Of a stretch of DNA of 64,000 nucleotides, positions 60,993-64,000 are shown piece after piece. A program made the translations under genes and the position numbers. This DNA comes from Candidatus Falkowbacteria bacterium (GTDB lineage Bacteria; Patescibacteriota; Patescibacteriia; Patescibacteriales; UBA12075), in contig JAZDLN010000022.1 in the NCBI GenBank assembly GCA_043801965.1, positions 9,989 to 73,988 on the forward strand. Reading direction: 5' to 3'. The notes beneath the pieces are model-generated. The model did no database searches. It worked only from the letters and a program-made list of their open reading frames with translations, and had not been told where the DNA came from. Each line of letters starts with the position of its first letter. The first letter of the stretch is position 1.

Positions 60993-61098
60993 GGACTTGC
61001 CCCGTCATCCGACGGGGTCCGCCTCGGGCGGAAACCTTCACGAGGTTGCCCCATCCCGCCCTCCGGCGGGACGTGTTCAATTATTCCACCACGTCCGC
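60993..61098 (-). pseudogene. Degenerate tRNA-Leu(GAG) copy with GC hairpins replacing the anticodon arm and inserted in the T arm
   Basis: Sense strand: gcggacgtggtggaa..gaacacg [tcccgcc-ggag-ggcggga] tggggcaacctcgtgaaggtt [tccgcc-cga-ggcgga][ccccgtc-ggat-gacgggg] caagtcc. The 3' acceptor strand is missing. Confidence 0.75.
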
Positions 61099-61108
61099 TT
61101 TGTTTCGC

Positions 61109-61492
61109 TTAGGCAATCTTTTTTTCTTTCAACCGTTTTTTGTAATCTCCCCGGAGGAAGGTAAGTTTAGCCCGCCGTACCCGCGCCTGCTTTTTGATCT
61201 CTATCTTCTCGATCGTCGGCAAAGCCAGAGGATATATTTTTTCCACGCCTACGCCGTCGGAAACCTTGCGGACCGTTATGGTCGCGCCGTTTTCCCGGCC
61301 GTGTTTGCGGGCGATGATCATGCCCTCGAAATACTGCACCCTTTCCTTTTCCTCTCCTTTCGCGTTCAATTCCTTGATCTTCTGGTAAATACGCACGGTC
61401 ATGCCGGGCTTTAGGTCCTGGGTCGCTTTGACGGCCCCTTCTTTTTTATCGGTTGCCGCCGGGGATTTTTCCTCTTTTTTATCGTTGGTCAT
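61109..61492 (-). CDS. rplS: 50S ribosomal protein L19 with a ~25-aa charged N-terminal extension
   Basis: 127 aa. PGMTVRIYQKIKE...ERVQYFEGMIIARKH...TITVRK ... IEKIEI pattern of L19. Confidence 0.9.
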   Translation of the reverse strand: MTNDKKEEKSPAATDKKEGAVKATQDLKPGMTVRIYQKIKELNAKGEEKERVQYFEGMIIARKHGRENGATITVRKVSDGVGVEKIYPLALPTIEKIEIKKQARVRRAKLTFLRGDYKKRLKEKKIA

Positions 61493-61561
61493 ATAAAGTA
61501 ATATAAAAATAGAACAATCGGGTTCTATTAGACGATGTTTTTATTTAATTATTCTTCTCTA

Positions 61562-61590
61562 ATACTATGATAAAAACCGTTAATTGTCAA
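61562..61590 (-). promoter_or_regulatory. Promoter candidate for rplS
   Basis: On the minus strand, TTGACA (61590-61585), 17-nt spacer, TAGTAT (61567-61562). Confidence 0.5.
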
Positions 61591-61615
61591 GAGTTTGCCG
61601 CCAAGTTCCTTTTAA

Positions 61616-61642
61616 TCGTAAAAACAGCCGTTTTCAACGGTT
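61616..61642 (-). terminator. Intrinsic terminator for the small ORF at 61668
   Basis: On the minus strand, an accgtt-gaaa-acggct-like hairpin followed by gttttt. Confidence 0.5.
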
Positions 61643-61667
61643 TAAACTCTTTTTTCGGGAAATCTTT

Positions 61668-61835
61668 TTAATCAACCGATTGGAAAAAATCACAATGAGC
61701 CGTTTTCGGCACCCTCTGCCCGAGTTCCCGGCAAAAAATTTCTTCACCTTGGATATCACAGCTGCTGCAACGCGGACACTGTTTTTCGTCGTTCCAATAA
61801 TCCTCGGTATAGTTTGATTCGATATCGTGAGACAT
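61668..61835 (-). CDS. Candidate small Cys-rich protein (55 aa from MSHDIES)
   Basis: CPRCSSC...C...C pattern and its own terminator. The start is uncertain (the track ORF extends to 61874). Confidence 0.35.
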   Translation of the reverse strand: MSHDIESNYTEDYWNDEKQCPRCSSCDIQGEEIFCRELGQRVPKTAHCDFFQSVD

Positions 61836-61934
61836 AGAAAATATTATGATTCCAATATAACATATTTCAGGCAATACTCAAAGACGGGATTCGCCATCCC
61901 GTCTTTATGCCGGATTTTTTGAGCGCGCGGGAAA

Positions 61935-62312
61935 TCAGCCGTCAACGAGAACCTTGAATCCTCCGTAAACCATGCGCTTCACGTCGAAGGGCATCGGTTT
62001 GTCTTTGTATTCCGCGTCGTTCATGAACGGATCCTTCATTACCAGAGCGTTAACGCGATCGCGATGCGCGCGCGAACGATATGTTACATAAGAAAAAACC
62101 ACGAGCTCATTATTTTTTAGCCTGACCAGTTTCGGGAACGGGACGCCCCACTCCGTCTTCAGGTCATCGCCGACGCACTCCTTATAATCCAGGGCGCCGT
62201 ATTTGCGCCATATCTTTCCCGCTTTTTGCGCCATTTTTTTGTAGGCGGGCAGATTTTTTTTCGGCACCACCAATACGAATCCGTCGACGTACGCGCTTTT
62301 TTGTTTTGCCAT
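61935..62312 (-). CDS. DUF1428 (YbaA-like) protein
   Basis: 125 aa. AYVDGFVLVVPKKNLPAYKKMA...WRKYGALDYKEC matches my memory of the DUF1428 family. Confidence 0.7.
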   Translation of the reverse strand: MAKQKSAYVDGFVLVVPKKNLPAYKKMAQKAGKIWRKYGALDYKECVGDDLKTEWGVPFPKLVRLKNNELVVFSYVTYRSRAHRDRVNALVMKDPFMNDAEYKDKPMPFDVKRMVYGGFKVLVDG

Positions 62313-62328
62313 AAATTTGATTTAATAG

Positions 62329-62733
62329 TTATTTTGCGTTTTTATCCGGCGCGTGCACGCCGAAAGTATTGCCTTCGGTGTCTATAAAATATCCTTGCCA
62401 GGCCATCCCGGGAAGGGCGAATTTAGGCATCGCTTCCCGGCCGCCGGCTTTTTTTATCTTTTCGGCGGTTATGTCGAAATTTTCCACCACTACGCTGCAG
62501 ACATACGCGTTAGTGCCGCATTCCGGCGGCGGCGTTCCGGCGGGGCGTTTAAGGAGGCCGCCGTTAATACCCGGTTCCCGGCTATCCTCCTCGGCGGTCA
62601 TGACCATCCAGTATTCAAAACCGAGATCTCCTCCTTTGTATTTTTCGATATTCCAGCCGAATACCTGGCGGTAAAATTCCGCGGCCTGTTCGGGATTGTC
62701 CGCCTGTATTTCGAAATGTATTATTCTGTTCAT
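62329..62733 (-). CDS. VOC-family (glyoxalase/bleomycin-resistance fold) protein
   Basis: 134 aa. IIHFEIQADNPEQAAEFYRQVFGW ... GYFIDTEGNTFGVH. Confidence 0.85.
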   Translation of the reverse strand: MNRIIHFEIQADNPEQAAEFYRQVFGWNIEKYKGGDLGFEYWMVMTAEEDSREPGINGGLLKRPAGTPPPECGTNAYVCSVVVENFDITAEKIKKAGGREAMPKFALPGMAWQGYFIDTEGNTFGVHAPDKNAK

Positions 62734-62794
62734 ATTATTAATTTATAGATTTAATTATATTGAAATTTTATATTAATATGATTAACGGATAATT

Positions 62795-62822
62795 AAAAAA
62801 GCGGGGCAATTCCCCGCTTTTA
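62795..62822. terminator. Bidirectional hairpin terminator
   Basis: gcgggg-caatt-ccccgc flanked by an A-run and a T-run. Confidence 0.7.
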
Positions 62823-62863
62823 AAATTTTATTTAAGATTTTCTGTACCAAATTTTTATTAAAA

Positions 62864-63262
62864 TTATTCGGTGGTTCGTCCGTCGAATTCCGCTTCGTTA
62901 GCGAGCGCTTCTTTTTTCGTGGCGCGCACGATACCGTCCTCGTGATGCGCCGGAGAATAGATCGTATAAAGCTTCAAATCTTCGGAATCGGACGCGTTTA
63001 TGACGTTGTGTTCCGCGCCGGCGGGCACGACTATGGCCGTGCCGTCGACGACCTCGTATTCATTCCCGTCAATAACGCACTTCCCTTTGCCCTTTTCGAA
63101 GCGGAAGAACTGATCATTGTCAAAGTGGGTTTCAGAGCCGATCTCTTCGCCCGGCTTAAGGCTCATAAGCACCAGCTGGCTATTTTTTCCGGTGTAAAGG
63201 ACTTTCCGGAAGTTTTCGTTTTCCAGGGTGTCTTTTTCGATGTTGGAATTAAATCCCTTCAT
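62864..63262 (-). CDS. Cupin-domain protein
   Basis: 132 aa. G.E.G.E.H and VPAGAEHNV cupin motifs. Confidence 0.75.
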   Translation of the reverse strand: MKGFNSNIEKDTLENENFRKVLYTGKNSQLVLMSLKPGEEIGSETHFDNDQFFRFEKGKGKCVIDGNEYEVVDGTAIVVPAGAEHNVINASDSEDLKLYTIYSPAHHEDGIVRATKKEALANEAEFDGRTTE

Positions 63263-63332
63263 AAATTTGGATTCAATTAATTATTTATTAATATAATTTA
63301 AAAATATCATTAATACATTAAAAATAAATTAA

Positions 63333-63353
63333 AAGACTCCTTTTTTGGAGTCT
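63333..63353 (-). terminator. Hairpin terminator
   Basis: agactcc-tttttt-ggagtct. On the minus strand it is followed by a T-run. Confidence 0.6.
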
Positions 63354-63383
63354 CTGTTGATAAAAACCGCCGGAAGCTAGGAT

Positions 63384-63767
63384 TTATTCGGATATTATCC
63401 GGCAATCGTTTTCAGTTTTTTGGATATATTTGTGATAATGAGGGCAGTCTGCGGCTAATTTTTCCATCCATTCTTCGAGGGTAATATTTACGTCCATCGC
63501 GTAACCTTTTTGATAAAAAAGGTAGCGGGTTTTAATTGAAGGATCGTTGGCCGTCGTGATAACCCGGTATATATTGCCTGAACCGGCCCTGATCATGAAC
63601 GTTATTCCGTTTTCATCGATTATCCGGATTATATCCGTATTTCCTCCGTCGCATTCTATCTTGGCGACAAGAGCGGATTTTTTTTCTTCTGAAATTCCGT
63701 CAGAGGCGATTATGCCGACGGCGGCGACAGCGATTGCTAAAGAAACGAATAATTTGCCTCTTTTCAT
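63384..63767 (-). CDS. Hypothetical secreted protein
   Basis: 127 aa. Signal/anchor MKRGKLFVSLAIAVAAVGIIA. No motif recognised. Confidence 0.55.
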   Translation of the reverse strand: MKRGKLFVSLAIAVAAVGIIASDGISEEKKSALVAKIECDGGNTDIIRIIDENGITFMIRAGSGNIYRVITTANDPSIKTRYLFYQKGYAMDVNITLEEWMEKLAADCPHYHKYIQKTENDCRIISE

Positions 63768-63867
63768 TTACATACCCCCGTTTTCCGCGTTAGAAATTTT
63801 TTTAAAAAGCTAAGTTCCAATATAGTCTATATTCGCACAGTATCGGCTATTTGTCCAATCCCCGGGG

Positions 63868-64000
63868 TCAATCGGTGTCGGTCCGGTGTATTTCCTTTAA
63901 GGCGTCGGAGAGCATGGCGGCCGCGCTCCAAGCCTGCTGGCGGCAGGCGGTTTGTCCCTGGCGGGACACGTATTCCTGGCGGAGGTCGTTATCGAAAGCG
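63868..64000 (-). CDS. 3' end of a GC-rich ORF truncated by the window edge
   Basis: Hand translation ends ...LRQEYVSRQGQTACRQQAWSAAAMLSDALKEIHRTDTD-stop (tga at 63868-63870). Not identifiable. Confidence 0.3.
   Translation of the reverse strand, partial: AFDNDLRQEYVSRQGQTACRQQAWSAAAMLSDALKEIHRTDTD

Noticed and set aside
60961-61414. Plus-strand ORFs of 67 and 122 aa over the pseudo-tRNA-Leu and rplS region.
   Set aside because: They overlap rplS (strong L19 motifs, opposite strand) and the GC-hairpin-rich pseudo-tRNA, so they are shadow ORFs.

Overview
This 64-kb chromosomal window reads cleanly under the standard genetic code, with about 65 supportable CDS, 5 tRNA genes and no rRNA, CRISPR array, cas gene, reverse transcriptase or recognisable prophage. 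The gene content suggests a Candidate Phyla Radiation / Patescibacteria-type bacterium. That assignment is an inference from a minimal housekeeping set, archaeal-type UMP and CMP kinases, a bifunctional PGI/PMI-like SIS protein, many small VirB2/TrbC-like pilin genes and a GIY-YIG gene abutting a tRNA. Housekeeping genes include rpsO-NYN-pnp, tsaD, tsaE, tdk, cdd, ppsA, pyrH, cmk, clpP, rbfA, infB, truB, lspA and rplS. Envelope and glycan genes include a flippase, several glycosyltransferases, a PLD-family protein, a clan GH-A hydrolase and a GT2 + methyltransferase + GT-C-like trio. Three things stand out. (1) Nine small two-helix VirB2/TrbC-like pilin paralogues sit in tandem at 50.4-54.7 kb, with three more copies dispersed elsewhere. 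A lipid-linked-sugar glycosylation module lies upstream and a 3D-domain wall-lytic protein downstream, but no secretion ATPase or channel gene is visible in the window. (2) Intact genes (four tRNAs and tsaD) are repeatedly accompanied by partial copies of their own ends, in which GC-rich TCC...GGA palindromic hairpins are inserted or substituted for stem segments in the tRNA copies or, for tsaD, follow the fragment. One exact 16-mer occurs four times, there is a perfect 83-bp tandem repeat upstream of tRNA-Cys, and a minimal GIY-YIG gene starts 2 nt after tRNA-Val. (3) A ~0.9-kb ORF-free AT-rich region carries three clustered DnaA-box-like 9-mers. Smaller items include an AT-rich island encoding two large secreted proteins, a GC-rich orphan ORF next to tRNA-Glu, an inverted-repeat-flanked 208-bp cassette, GTAGAGACGC palindromes, low-complexity tails on PNPase and S15, a stand-alone LigD polymerase domain and a secreted RQxW heptad-repeat protein. 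All functional calls rest on motif recognition by eye; no database search was run.
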